From Octopus vulgaris (Eukaryota), in contig OX597836.1 of assembly GCA_951406725.2 (NCBI GenBank), positions 35,402,001 through 35,466,000 on the forward strand: a DNA stretch of 64,000 nucleotides, in the 5' to 3' direction. Below, in pieces: positions 16,403 to 31,097 of this stretch. A program made the translations under genes and the position numbers. Below the pieces are notes generated by a model. The model worked only from the letters and a program-made list of their open reading frames with translations, made no database searches and was not told the DNA's origin. Numbering within the stretch: position 1 is the first letter of the stretch; the number at the start of each line of letters is the position of its first letter.

Positions 16403-16969
16403 TTGGGTTGTCCAGAAAGTTCGTGCCGATTTCTAAAGGAAAGAAAAAGGTCGATAAATGCTTGCCATTAGATTTTTAATCAACCAAATATGAATCATTT
16501 TGTTGCACAATGCCTCTCCATCTTTCCTTTAACTTGAAAATACCCTCTTCCCAGAATTGAGGTGCTTTCATGGCAAAGAATTCATCAAGGTATCTTTTTA
16601 CACCATCCAAGGAATTGAAATTTTTACCAGTAAGACTATTCTGCATGGACCTGAATAAGTGGAAATCCGAAGGAGAAATATCTAGTGAATATGGAGGGTG
16701 AAATAACACATACCAGCCGAGCTGCAGCAATTTTTGTCTGGTTCCCAAAACATCAAGTGCCAAAAATGAACTTTCTTATCTTCCATTTTAAAGGGTTACA
16801 AAATTAACACAGGTTATAGGAACATAAACCTTCTTCCACGAAAAGATAGCTTAAACTGTGCTCTAAATGGAGGTGTAATCAAATCCTATTTTATGGACTC
16901 AACCATGTTCTAAAATAAGTCGAAAGTTAAGCTACTATAAATCGGCACGAACTTTCCGGACAACCCCAA
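16403..16969 (-). mobile_element. internally deleted mariner element
   Basis: TIRs TTGGGTTGTCC(A/G)GAAAGTTCGTGCCGA, TA on both flanks; encodes HPPYSLDISPSDFHLF (mariner YSPDLAPxD motif). Confidence 0.95.
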
Positions 16970-17915
16970 TATATATGGTGCATGACAATTTTCGATACGT
17001 TGTCTACTGTTTATCCTTTTTTAAATACTTTTGAAATAATAATCAAGTGCAATCTCACAACGGTTTTCTGTAGTAATCAGCAGACACTTTGGTTCCAGTA
17101 ACTGCTACACTGCAACATGCATGACTCGTTGGAAGTATCGCTGGAACCAATTGTTCAGTGCCCAAATTTTCGTCTTCTACACCTTCCGTTGTAGACGCCA
17201 ATGCAGTTTTAGAACGCAAACATTTAATCATTCTAACTTCCGATGTGAAAACGCATTTTTTTCTCTTCGAAGTACATCATTGCGTCGAACTAAGATGCTC
17301 AATTAAAGGCGAACGAAGTTTCTTTAGGATAAATATTCTAATTAGGCCTTCACATGAACGAATCCACTTTCTTTCGATGTTGTATTGTTTATACAATATT
17401 ATTGCTCTATGATTACATAAAGATAAGGCCCGAAGAGAAAGATGTAATTTTGAAATAACTTCTATTTTTATCAAAGAAAAATCTTGAACTGTGTAGTAAT
17501 TTCTCGATAACCCTACAAAAGATAATAACTGTATAAACTAGCAGGATGATATTTTGAATAAATTGGTAAAAATTTCGGTAAATCTCATTTACTTTAGTAC
17601 ACGTCCCTTCGGATATGTTATTATGCTTATCAAAATTGCGACTATTGTTGCAATTTGTATGACTAATAAAGTTTAGATCAACTAAAATAATACTTCTAAA
17701 TGCATAAATAGATAGATGCACAAAAAAAAAACAAACAAACAAAAAAAAAACTAAAACAAAATACTAATAAAAAAATTGGAAAACCCAATTCTGTGTTCCT
17801 CCCGGCCAAAATAAGCTCCCAATTATTGTTATTATCCTACTTTTGCTACTGATAATGAACAAGTGAACATCTCATTGTTTGCTTTATTCTTTATTGTTTA
17901 ACACTGCAGATACCA

Positions 17916-17975
<60 letters not shown>

Positions 17976-18035
17976 TTCCGCTTCTCATTCTCCTCCCACA
18001 TTCGCTTGTACCCTTGTCTCGGGAATTATATATAC

Positions 18036-18129
<94 letters not shown>

Positions 18130-18332
18130 ACGTTTTTAAACATGCACACATTTATCTATATATGTATACATGCTTGCATACACGCATAATCCACACACAT
18201 ATATATATACGCGTATATATATCCGTACACACACACACATATACATATAAATGGATATATGTATATATACATATATATATATAATGAGGCGCACAAACAT
18301 ACATACACACATCCATATATATAAATACATAC

Positions 18333-18373
<41 letters not shown>

Positions 18374-18430
18374 GAGGCGCACAAACATACATACACACAT
18401 CTATATATATATATATAGATACATACATAC

Positions 18431-18461
<31 letters not shown>

Positions 18462-18466
18462 GATAC

Positions 18467-18506
<40 letters not shown>

Positions 18507-18526
18507 ATGTATATATATTTATATGT

Positions 18527-18624
<98 letters not shown>

Positions 18625-19154
18625 GCATATATATATATATATGACAAAATTTCTTATAGTTGCATAGTTTGCAATTTGTGAACAAGTAACGGAAGAATTA
18701 CATGTAAAATGATACGCTTCCAACCGAATATCTCTCTTCTATAAGTTTGGTTTTTTTGGTCTTGTTTTCCTGTTTCTACTCAGACTGTCTGTAAAGAGAC
18801 GTACGCTGGTTTCAATAACATAGATACTTATTATAAAAGAAACAACGAATTTCTATACGAAAACATAATCATAAAACATCTAAACCCCAAAGGTCAACGA
18901 CTGATTGGAATGATGTCACTAGCCAACACTCACCAATCACACACGTCCTGTCTGTACACATTACTTTCTCTACTATTTCAACAGTAATCTAAGCATCTCG
19001 TCTCAGCATCTCAGATTGCCAATGTAACCCCGTCTATTCCTACTCATACCAAATCGAATCCCTACTTAGAATTTCTTTGCTTCCAGTGTCTCTGTAGTAG
19101 TGGCTACAATTTCAGTATCTAGTCGCACCAGGTTGTCCGATATTTCACACAATA

Positions 19155-19382
19155 GGGCGGCGAGCTGGCAGAAACGTTAGCACGCCGGGCGAAATGCATA
19201 GCCGTATTTCGTCTGCCGTTACGTTCTGAGTTCAAATTCCGCCGAGGTCGACTTTGCCTTTCATCCTTTCGGGGTCGATGAATAAAATACCAGGTTCGCA
19301 CTGGGGGTCGATGTAATCGACTTAATCCTTTTGTGCTTGTTTGTCCCTTCTATGTTTAGCCCCTTGTGGGTAGTAAAGAAAT
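19155..19382 (+). mobile_element. full-length monomeric SINE family A, 14-bp TSD
   Basis: ATATTTCACACAAT at 19140-19153 and 19383-19396; tRNA-like head plus Nin/Deu-type core. Confidence 0.93.
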
Positions 19383-19886
19383 ATATTTCACACAATCTCC
19401 TTCTCTTAACAAACATCCAGGCCATTGGTGTCGACTGCTGTTGTACTTGCTCTGTTGACCTCGCTTCTGATTTCATATATTTTATCTGCCTCACATCCAG
19501 CCACCCTCCTTTTCGCCTCACCATTCTGCTATCTTATTTATCTAATATACTATTCTGCACCACTTCCGTCGTTTCCCCTCTGAATTTACAAGTTTCCACA
19601 CCTCTCCAATTCTCCAGATACGCTCAAACAATGCGCGGCCTAGCAAAAGGCCTTTCATCCTTTGATGCACTGAACCCGTAGCGTAGCTAATAGGGGAGCA
19701 ACACATATATAAAAATATGGCACAGTTTTCAAAATTGGCACCTTTTCGACAATGTTTGTTTTTCATTTTTAACTCTTTCGTTCACTCGGGCAATAAAAGT
19801 CGAATCTTTTTTCTTGTTTTTGTTAATCGCATAACCTTGGAAGAACTTTCTGGTCATTACTTTATTTTATTTTGGACTTTTTCTAT

Positions 19887-19922
19887 ATTTCTGATGAAGA
19901 GCTCCTGCTCGAAACGTGAAAT
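19887..19922 (+). ncRNA. minimal hammerhead ribozyme motif, cleavage triplet mutated (UG)
   Basis: ATTT-CTGATGA-a-GAGC-tcct-GCTC-GAAA-cg-TG-AAAT; stem I ATTT/AAAT; flanks homologous to ~6315-6480 (-). Confidence 0.7.
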
Positions 19923-20031
19923 CCTCTTTCTTTTCTTTCTTTTCCTGAGCATCCAATAACACTGTACTTATTCCACGTTCTCGTGTTGTTGTTTTTTTTC
20001 TTGCTTGTTCATTTGTTCATGTTTGGATTGA

Positions 20032-20093
<62 letters not shown>

Positions 20094-20178
20094 AGACTTT
20101 ACGAGAAAAACAAAAGACGAAGACAAGTGGTGTGCAAAACAAACAAATGTATTAGTATAACGCTCAGGAATACAAAGT

Positions 20179-20214
20179 CTTTTACGTTTCGAGCCTACGT
20201 TCTTCTACAGAAAG
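20179..20214 (-). ncRNA. variant hammerhead-like motif (CUGUAGA core)
   Basis: Minus strand CTTT-CTGTAGA-a-GAAC-gtag-GCTC-GAAA-cg-TA-AAAG; stem I CTTT/AAAG; downstream TTCCTGAGC shared with the 19887 family. Confidence 0.5.
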
Positions 20215-20267
20215 GGACACAGAAAAAACAAGGAGAGAAAAAATATGTGTTTAGTGACTAACGATCT

Positions 20268-20302
<35 letters not shown>

Positions 20303-20384
20303 ATAAATATTAGGGAATGAATCCAAAATTACAGGGAAAAATCAGATTTAGGGTTAAATCCAATTTTATAGTAAAATATTATAT

Positions 20385-20436
<52 letters not shown>

Positions 20437-21096
20437 TGTATGTATGTATGTATATATTGAATGCCCCAAAGCGCCCTTTTCATTCTGATGTTATACATTT
20501 CTGTATTGAACGGTTTTGAGGTATGAAGCAGAAATCAAAATGCAATATGTCTTATTCTATTTAAACGCACTTAATATCCTCAAAGGATGTTTTTCGAAAA
20601 ATTTATATCGTAATACTGTACACGTTTAAGCAGTCATAATTTCCTTTGAATCAATTTATTATAATTTTTTTCTCTTAATATGGTATCTGTTCAGAGAGAT
20701 GTCTATGCACATTGAGACAAATGCTTTCTTATAATTTGACATGATTTATGTTCGTTCTCTGACATGAACTATATTGTAAGACAACCTATGTCTTTGTATC
20801 ATAGACATTCAATAATAAAAAAAAGGAAAATGATTAACGAACACCATCCCTTTACCAAAAAAACAGAAACATACAACCTATTTTGAATGATTGACCGTTT
20901 CTGATCAGAATGAGGGGTTCTAGACAATTGATGGGCTTCCCACGCTTGGCAATATGAATGCGATTTTATTTTTTATTTTGAATTCAGTGGAGATTTCTGT
21001 ATCACGGTGGTTTGGGTAAAAAATTCGCTTCACAAATACTTAGTATCGAACTCGAGTAATGCCATAGTTAGCTGCAAATTTGTTGAGGAGGATATA

Positions 21097-21570
21097 TATT
21101 TCTTTACTACCCACAAGGGGATAAACACAGAGGGGACAAACAAGGACAGACAAAGGGATTAAGTCGATTACATCGACCCCAGTGCGTAACTGGTACTTAA
21201 TTTATCGACCCCGAAAGGATGAAAGGCAAAGTTGACCTCGGCGGAATTTGAACTTAGAACGTAGCGGCAGACGAAATTCGGCTACATATTTCGCCCGGCG
21301 TGCTAACGTTTCTACCAGATCGCCGCCTCACAAATATATTTCTGTTTCTTTACTACCCACAAGGGGCTAAACGCAGAGAGGACAAACAAGGACAGACAGA
21401 CGGATTAAGCCGATTACATCGACCCCAGTGCGTAATTGGTACTTAATTTATCGACCCCGAAAGGATGAAAGGCAAAGTCGACCTCGGCGGAATTTGAACT
21501 CAGAACGTAACGGCAGGCGAAATACGGCTAAGCATTTCGCCCGGCGTGCTAATGATTCTGCCAGCTCGCC
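21097..21570 (-). mobile_element. two adjacent SINE family A copies
   Basis: Two complete reverse-complement copies, ~21097-21327 and ~21345-21570. Confidence 0.9.
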
Positions 21571-22089
21571 GGACGAAATACGGCTACGCATTTCGCCCGG
21601 CGTGCTAATGTTTCTGCCAGCTCGCTGCTTACAATTCTGCCACCTCACAAACTTCTCCGGTCAATTAACGGAAACAACACCAATCAAATTTGAAAGCAAC
21701 AACGATACTCAAGAATATAATAACTTGTAATTAGGCATAACTGGCGCCTTCTGTAATTAGCAGTAAATCATCAGAAAAGTATTGTAGTTTGTGATGGTTA
21801 TTCTGACGATAAAAACACATAAAACTCATTAAAATTTCTATTTCATTTGTATTTCATTATTGATCACCTAATTAGTTACATAACAAATTAATTTATTGAT
21901 AAAGGCTTTGTGACACTATTGTGACCTCATCGATTATGTTCACTTCTTTTTCACATAAACTCATACTCGTCGTCTTCGAAGTAATGTTTCCACTTAAGAG
22001 TGCTGTCTACCAGACAATTTACAATTTTGCGTGCCGTCTACCTGGCCATTTTCACATTAGCGTGCAGTCTATATCTAATCTTAACTAAG

Positions 22090-22470
22090 ACGGCGAGCTG
22101 GCAGAAACGTTAGCACGCCGGGCGAAATGCATAGCCGTATTTCGTCTGCCGTTACGTTCTGAGTTCAAATTCCGCCGAGGTCGACTATGCCTTTCATCCT
22201 TTCGGGGTCGATAAATTAAGTACCAGTTACGCACTGGGGTCGACTTAATACCTATGTCTGTCCTTGTTTGTCCCTTCTATGTTTAGTCCCTTGTGGGTAA
22301 TAAAGAAATAGGTATTTCGTCTGCCGCTACGTTCTGAATTCAAATTCCGCCGAGGTCGACTTTACCTTTCATCCTTTTGTGGTCGATTAAATAAGTACCA
22401 GTTACGCACTGAGGCCGATGTAATCGACGTTATCCGTTTGCCTGTCCTTGTTTGTCCTCTCTGTGTTTAG
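22090..22470 (+). mobile_element. SINE family A dimer (one head, two bodies)
   Basis: Second body restarts at GTATTTCGTCTGCC directly after AAAGAAATAG. Confidence 0.88.
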
Positions 22471-23224
22471 GCCGGTCAAGGAATCGAAACCACACTCTTA
22501 CGGTCATGATGCTGACCCCCAACCACTAAGCCACGCGCCTACACAACTTTCGCTGTAGTAGTCTATTAATATGTTTCTTCACCTCTTCTAAATGTTCACG
22601 TTTATTTTCTAGAGAAATAGGATCGAAAGCTTTGAGATCTAAGCATTTTTTGTTGTTCTGCGGTTGCTAATATCCTCGTTGATGTTACCATTTATGGATC
22701 TTGGAATTGGTGGCAATGCATAATATTTGCCGCTGGAGATTTTGTGTGTTTCTTGACATATTATTGTTTATTGTCGCTGTTGCTGTTGCTGTTGAGCGAC
22801 GGTCCTCGTCCCAGAGCTCGCAAGTGTAAACATGTGTTGAATAGAACTCACTGAATAAATCTTAATTAACTGTGTTGTCAATTGTATGCACCTGACATAT
22901 GCTAACGTGTATGCAGCCAGACTTTTCACACAGAGGATATACTTTTAGACAAATTGAATCATTGAATCGTTACAAGGCAAATATGCGCGCGCGTATGTGT
23001 ACGTGTGAGAATATATTCCTAGTTTGTTTTATTTTTTTTTTATCTTGTGCAATATTGATGTGTTTTAATATATTGTCTTTGCTTTTGTTGCAGCTGCTGC
23101 TTGTATGTTTGTTTTTTGTTGAGCGAAGCGGTCTTCGCGAGTGAAGTCCGAAACGTGGTCCTTTGCTGTTCGTAAGACCCGCAGAAGAGAAAGCATCGAC
23201 GGATGGATGAATGCGCATCCAAGG

Positions 23225-23806
23225 GACAAGAAACAGAAAGGAAGAGTGAGAGAAAGTTGGAGCGAAAGAGTACAACAGGGGTCGCCACCACCCCTTGCTG
23301 GAGAATCGTGGAGATTTAGGTGTTTTCGCTCAATAAACACACACAACGCCCGGAATGGGAATCGAAACCGCGATCCTCCAACAGCGAGTCCGCTGCCCTA
23401 AGCACTGGGCCATTGCGCCTCCACTGTTGCTGCTGCTACTGCTGTTCCTGTTGTTCTTGCTGTTGTTACTACCGCTACATTTCGATTCCCAGACCGGGCG
23501 TTGTGAGTGTTTATTGAGCGAAAACACCTAAAGCTCCACGAGGCTCCGGCAGGGGATGGTGGTGATCCCTGCTGTACTCTTTCACCACAACTTTCTCTCA
23601 CTCTTGTTTCCTGTTTCTGTTGTACCTGCATTTCAAAGGGCCGGCCTTGTCACTCTCTGTGTCACGCTGAATATCCCCGAGAACTACGTTAAGAGTACAC
23701 GTGTCTGTGGAGTGCTCAGCCACTTACACGTTAATTTCACGAGCAGGCTGTTCCGTTGATTCGGATCAACCGGAACCCTCGTCGTCGTAACCGACGGAGT
23801 GCTTCC
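23225..23806. mobile_element. head-to-head pair of SINE family C copies
   Basis: Minus copy ~23225-23423 and 5'-truncated plus copy ~23479-23806 share TTTCGATTCCC...GTTTATTGAGCGAAAACACCTAAA; separated by a CTG/TGT-rich tract. Confidence 0.85.
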
Positions 23807-24174
23807 ATGCTGATGTTGTTACTACGGCTACAGTCTTTTTAAAAAAATTATTACTAGTTTTAGATGAAATTAGTAGTACTGTATGATAAGAGATCACTGC
23901 AGAAGTCCGTTTCACCTTCAAAACCTCTCACCGTCCTCTCCTGGTGTTTGAACGATGTTTACGACGCCATTTTATATTTTTTGCATTGTTTCTGAAACAA
24001 CGCTATTTAAATATTGCCCCGTAGAGTGAATAACAAATACAGCTGATCTTTCCCGTATCTTACACTTCTGGTCAAATAAAAGCAGAGGCAGAATATTAAA
24101 ATCAATAAACACAGATTGCTAAAAAGAAAAAAGGAAAGCAAAGAAACAAGCCTATGGAGCTTCCAAAACGCATT

Positions 24175-24516
<342 letters not shown>

Positions 24517-25179
24517 AGATATAAAAATACAAAAATATATAGAATGTCCTGTTAGGAAAAACTATATGCAAATATACTAACGTAGGTGATCAAAATGAAA
24601 TTCTGAAATATATCAATCGATTAAAACATTATTTTTAACCCTCAATTAAAAATATATCAAAATAGAAAGTTTTTTTAAATTAAGCAATCCATGGACTAAA
24701 ATCCTCCCAGTTGGTGCTCCAGCATGACCGCATTCTAATAACTAAAATAAATTAAAGAATAATGAAAAAAAAAAAAAGCTGGCACTCCGTCGGTTACGAT
24801 GAGGAGTCTTCCAATTGATCAGATAAACCGAACAGGCTGCTCATGAAATTAACGTGTAAGCGACTAAGTACCCCCACAGAGGCAGTCCTCGGGGTGGGGG
24901 GGATTCAGCGTGACACAGAGTATCACAAGGTTGGCTTTTTGAATTACAGGTACTGCTCATTTTTGCCAGCTGAGAGGACTGGGAAAACGTGAAAGGAAGT
25001 TTCTTGCTCAAGGACACACTGTGTCGCCGAGAATCGAACCCAGAATCTTTAGGATCGTGAGCCGAATGCACTAACCATTAAGCCACGCGCCTTCACAAAA
25101 GAATAAAAGAACGCGTGTATATGTATGCGTGAGTGTGTGTGTGTGTATGTATGCGTGAGAGAGAGAGAGAGAGAGTACG

Positions 25180-25690
25180 AGTGTGTGTGTGTGTATCTGT
25201 TCTGTGTGTGTGTATCTGTGTATGTGTGTGTGTATCTGTGCCTGTGTGTGTGTATCTGTGCCTCTGTGTGTGTGTATCTGTGCCTCTGTGTGTGTGTGTA
25301 TCTGTGCCTCTGTGTGTGTGTGTATCTGTGTCTGTGTGTGTGTATCTGTGCCTCTGTGTGTGTGTGTATCTGTGTCTGTGTGTGTGTATCTGTGTCTGTG
25401 TGTGTGTATCTGTGCCTCTGTGTGTGTGTGTATCTGTGTCTGTGTGTGTGTATATGTGCCTCTGTGTGTGTGTGTATCTGTGCCTGTGTGTGTGTATCTG
25501 TGTCTGTGTGTGTGTATCTGTGCCTCTGTGTGTGTGTGTATCTGTGTCTGTGTGTGTGTATCTGTGTCTGTGTGTGTGTATCTGTGCCTGTGTGTGTGTG
25601 TGTATCTGTGTCTGTGTGTGTGTATCTGTGCCTCTGTGTGTGTGTGTATCTGTGTCTGTGTATGTGTGTATCTGTGTGTGTGTGTGTGTG
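25180..25690. repeat. GT-derived minisatellite (~20-26-bp units, TGTGTGTATCTGTGCCTC/TGTC)
   Basis: Roughly 20 variant units visible; explains the long CVCV/HTHT ORFs. Confidence 0.95.
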
Positions 25691-25833
25691 TATTCACATA
25701 CATATATTCGACGAGTTTCTCTCAGTTTCCAAATTCCCTCACAAGGGTTCCAGGTACACTCATAGAGGCTTTGGTCAGCCCAAGGCCATAGTAAGAGACA
25801 CATGCCCAAGGCAGCACACGGTAGACTGAACTA

Positions 25834-26248
25834 GGCGGCGAGCTGGCAGAAACGTTAGCGCGCCGGACGAAATGCTTAGCCGTATTTCGTCTGCCGCTAC
25901 GTTCTGAATTCAAATTCCGCCGAGGTCGACTTTGCCTTTCATCCTTTCGGGGTCGATAAATTAAGTACCAGTTACGAACTGGGGTCGATGTAATCGACTT
26001 AATACCTATGTCTGTCCTTGTTTGTCCCCTCTATGTTTAGCCCCTTGTGGGTAATAAAGAAATAGGTATTTCGTCTGCCGCTACGTTCTGAGTTCAAATT
26101 CCGCCGAGGTCGACTTTGCCTTTCATCCTTTCGGGGTCGATAAATTAAGTACCAGTTACGCACTGGGGTCGATGTAATCGACTTAATACCTATGTCTGTC
26201 CTTGTTTGTCCCCTCTGTGTTTAGCCCCTTGTGGTTAATAAAGAAATA
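25834..26248 (+). mobile_element. SINE family A dimer nested in a minus-strand SINE B
   Basis: TSD GGTAGA(C/T)TGAAC at 25820-25831 and 26249-26260; SINE B head continues on both sides. Confidence 0.9.
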
Positions 26249-27202
26249 GGTAGATTGAACCCGGGTCCATGTCATTGGAAAGCAAAATTCTTATCACATA
26301 ACCGCGCCTGCGCATGCAAGTGGGAGTACGATAGTGAAAGTGAAAGTACGAGAGTGAGAGAGAAAGAGAGAAAGAGAAAGAAACGTTTCATGTTTGTTCC
26401 TGTCATCTGACATTTTCCCTCTCTCTCTGTATTTCCGAGTAAATAGTGAAAGAATCGCGAATACACTTATTAATTCATTCGCTCTTTTTCTTTCACTTTT
26501 TTTTCTTTATATCTGTCTGTCTTTGTCTGTCTGTCTGTCTCTCTCAGTTTCTCTTCCTTTTTCTATATTTCCCTAGCTATTTTTTTCCTTCAGTCATGAA
26601 AACTGCAGAGAAAATTTAACGTCCACCGCAGCTTATTTACCAGACCAAACAAAATAGAGAGATGAGGAGACTGATAAAATAGAAAGAGAGAGATAAAAGG
26701 ACAGTATTCTTATTTTCTCAGATCAGAGAGATTAATTGCGCGCGCGTGCTTTTTGAGGTGTGTGCGAGAGCGAGAGAAAGAAAGAAGGAAGAGATAGAAA
26801 GAAAAGAGAAAACTGAAAGGAGGATACAGATTTATTATTTTCTCGGATCAGAGAGATACTCTAAGTTTGAGTTCTTGCACAGGCGTGGTTGAGCGACAAA
26901 AATTTTGCTTCCTATCCACATAGTTCCGTGTTCAGCCCCAGTGTGCCGCTACATGGGCAAGTGACTTCTACCGTAGCTTCGGGTCGACCAAAGCCGCGTG
27001 AGTGGATTTGGTACATACAAAGGGAAAGAAACCCTTCGTAAATGTATATACGAGCGAGGATCCTGAAAAAAGTCCTGGCTTTGGGTAAAAGAAAATCTAA
27101 AATCCTTTGGTTAACCTCAGCACACGTTGGCATAGAAAGAATTTTCTTTTGCCCTTGTTTATAAGTTGTTTATAATTTTAACCTTTAAATGTATTTTAAT
27201 AT

Positions 27203-27627
27203 ACTCTTTTACTCTCTTTTACTCTTTTACTTGTTTCAGTCATTTGACTGCGGCCATGCTGGAGCACCGCCTTTAGTCGATCAAATCGACCCCGGGACTT
27301 ATTCTTTGTAAGCCCAGTACTTATTCTATCGGTCTCTTTTGCCGAACCGCTAAGTGACGGGGACGTAAACACACCAGCATCGGTTGTCGAGCAATGCTAG
27401 GGGGACAAACACAGACACACAAACCCCCCACACAAACACACACATATATATATATACATATATACGACAGGCTTCTTTCAGTTTCCGTCTACCAAATCCA
27501 CTCACAAGGCATTGGTCGGCCCGGGGCTATAGCAGAAGACACTTGCCCAAGATGCCACGCAGTGGGACTGAACCCGGAACCATGTGGTTGGTTAGCAAGC
27601 TACTTACCACACAGCCACTCCTGCGCC
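27203..27627 (-). mobile_element. full-length SINE family B
   Basis: Head GGCGCAGGAGTGGCTGTGTGGTAAG, B box GGTTCAGTCCC, internal (TA)/(TG) tract, tail (GTAAAAGA)n; other copies at ~6495-6957, 37847-38280, 44285-45130, 45255-45695, 52975-53916. Confidence 0.92.
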
Positions 27628-27683
27628 TATATGCTGCCACTTTTTGATGAAATTTTTTCTGTAAAAAAACTTCATCCTATATT

Positions 27684-27738
<55 letters not shown>

Positions 27739-28058
27739 AGTACAGCACAGTTTCAACTTCACGGATTTTCACCTATCGCGGGGGTTTTTGGAATGTAATA
27801 GTCGCGACTGTCGAGGGATTATTGTACGACAATTCTTTGCGGATGTATGCGTGAATGTGCGTGAGGGAGAAAGAGAGAGAGAGAGAGAGAGGGAGAAAGA
27901 GGGAGAGAGAGAGAGAGGGAGAGTGAGAAAGAAGGAGAGAGAGAGAAAACACTGAAAGGCTCTAGTGTTTGCGTTTGTGAAGCGACATTTTTCTTCACTC
28001 TGTATCTCCGAGTGATTTCAGAAAAAAATTCTGGAAAAACATAAACTACGTCTCCTTA

Positions 28059-28118
<60 letters not shown>

Positions 28119-28262
28119 CATTCTCCCTCTCATTCGTTCTCTCTTCCATTCTCTAATTCTCTGTCGCCATCTTTTCTTTATGCCCACTGCGTTTTACATA
28201 ATTGATTCTGATGAGATCAAACATAGATATGAATATGTAGATGTGAATGAAATTTGCTCTCA

Positions 28263-28694
28263 TCTCTCTATATATAAACGGCAGTTTGTCTGTCTGTGTG
28301 TCTGTCAGGTTGTACCCTCACCCTGACCACAGCTTTCAACCGATTCTGATGAAACTTGACACACACATAGCCCAATGTCATAATTCAAAACTAATGCCGC
28401 TAAAATTTTGAAAAGGTTCCCCAGTTCTGAAAATAATCGATAAATTAGACATGGGGTCGAGAATCTAAGCTTTTTATATGCAATACATTTTCTGTCTAGG
28501 GGACACAACTCGACTTTTTTATCGCCCAAAGGGACAGCTAGGAACATCGTATACACAGAAGTATTCGTGTGAAGAGAAGACATTGCAACCTACACATGCG
28601 CCTTCGTTCCCTAGAGGGAAAGGACTAGATTGGCATTAGTCGTTGCCTACTAGGGGCTCTTACATACCCGGGCAACGCCGGGCTATGCTGCTAG
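28263..28694 (+). mobile_element. non-autonomous Helitron-like element
   Basis: 5' TC after A, subterminal hairpin CCCGGGCAACGCCGGG, 3' CTAG before T, no TSD; homologue at 62080-62443. Confidence 0.8.
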
Positions 28695-29116
28695 TAATTT
28701 CATACAACGAACATTTCATTAATAATTCATAGATTAAGCAAAATTATATACTTGCTAGATTTTAAATCCTCATTACAACTGATACTAAGTAAATACAACA
28801 ATAAAAAGCCTGGACTAAGCTTCTGTGCGTGTGTGGTGTGCGCGCGTGTGTGAGTGTGTTGCGTATGTGTGTGTGTATGTGTATGTGAGTGTGTCTGTGT
28901 ATGTGAGCGTGTGTGTATGTGAGTGTGTGTATGTGAGTGTGTGTATGTGAGTGTATGTATGTGAGTGTATGTAAGTGTGTGTATGTGAGTGTGTGTGTGC
29001 GTCTTTGTGAGTTTGTGGTTGTATACGTGCATATGTATTTATCTTTTTCATCTGGGTTACGGGGGGTTTAAACACTCCATTCCAGTTCTCAAGCGGTGGT
29101 GGGTGACAAACACACA

Positions 29117-29170
<54 letters not shown>

Positions 29171-30093
29171 CTACATAAATATACACATACTTTTGTAAAC
29201 GACGGGCTTCTTTCTCGTTTCCGCCATCTTATTATCATTTATTCCTCAATTTTCATTTGGGCGGAAGAAACATGAATTCTTAGGAGCTAAGAACAATCGA
29301 CACGTACAAGTGAATTTTTATCGACACGTACAAGTGAATTTTGGATGAGAGGCCTTGCAAGTCTACAAGATAGATGGAAGAACATTGTAGCAAATGAAGA
29401 AGAGTGTTTTCTACATTAAAAAAGAACTTTATCTTAATTCTGAAAAATATAAGACGTATAAAAATGCCGCATTATTTATGGGATGACCCAATACTTAGCG
29501 AAATTTCGTCCGTATTTACGTTCTGTGTTAAAATTTTTCCGGTGTTTACTTTGTCTTTCATCCTTTCAGGGTCAATAAAATAAGTAGCAGTTAAGCACTG
29601 GGGTGTATGCAATCGACATCGGTCGCTTACGCGAAATTGCTGGTCTTGTGCCAAAATTTGAAATCAAATTCATGAGAAATATATAACGCTGTGAGCTAGC
29701 CGGAGCATTTCCGTGCCGGGAGAAATGCTTAGCGGTATTTCGTCCGGTATTTAGCGGTATTTAGGCAGCGAGCTGGCAGAAACGTTAGCACGCCGGGCGA
29801 AATGCTTAGTGGTATTTCGTTCGCCGTTACGTTCTGAGTTCAAATTCCGCCGAGGTCGACTTTGCCTGTCATCCTTTCGGGGTCGATAAATTAAGTACCA
29901 GATACGCTCTGAGGTCGATGTAATCGACTTAACCTGTTTGTCCCCTCTGTGTTTAGCCCCTTGTGGGTAGTAAAGAAATAGGTATTTCGTCCGTCTTTAC
30001 ATTGTGAGTTCTATATTTAAGAGATGAGGAATTATATATATTAATTACATTATTTACCATTGACGGATATTTGTCCTCATCTTGTTAGTTGTT

Positions 30094-30139
30094 AATACAA
30101 TGTTTCGGCTGCTATGCCTTCCAGCCTTCATCAGGTGTC
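30094..30139 (-). ncRNA. hammerhead ribozyme motif, left arm
   Basis: Minus strand GACAC-CTGATGA-a-GGCTG-gaaggcatag-CAGCC-GAAA-ca-TT-GTATT. Confidence 0.72.
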
Positions 30140-30357
30140 TTGAGGATTTCGAACCTGGGTTCTCATTCCTAAGGTATTTTTCGATGTTGTTGTTGTTATT
30201 ATTAGTATTATTATTCAGGTCACCGCCTGCAATCGAACTCGGAATCTTGGGGTTAGTAGCACGCGCACCTAACCAATGCGCCCACGGGCATATGCCGTGG
30301 TGGTTAACAGCGCAGGCTACTAACCTCCAAGATTCCGAGTTCGATTCCAGGCAGTAA

Positions 30358-31097
<740 letters not shown>

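Noticed and set aside
25180-25690. Regular short repeats superficially like a CRISPR array
   Set aside because: No unique spacers, no cas genes, eukaryotic context; it is a GT-derived minisatellite.
28345-28360. CTGATGAAAC inside the Helitron-like element
   Set aside because: No room for stem II, and the second copy has ATGATGAAAC.
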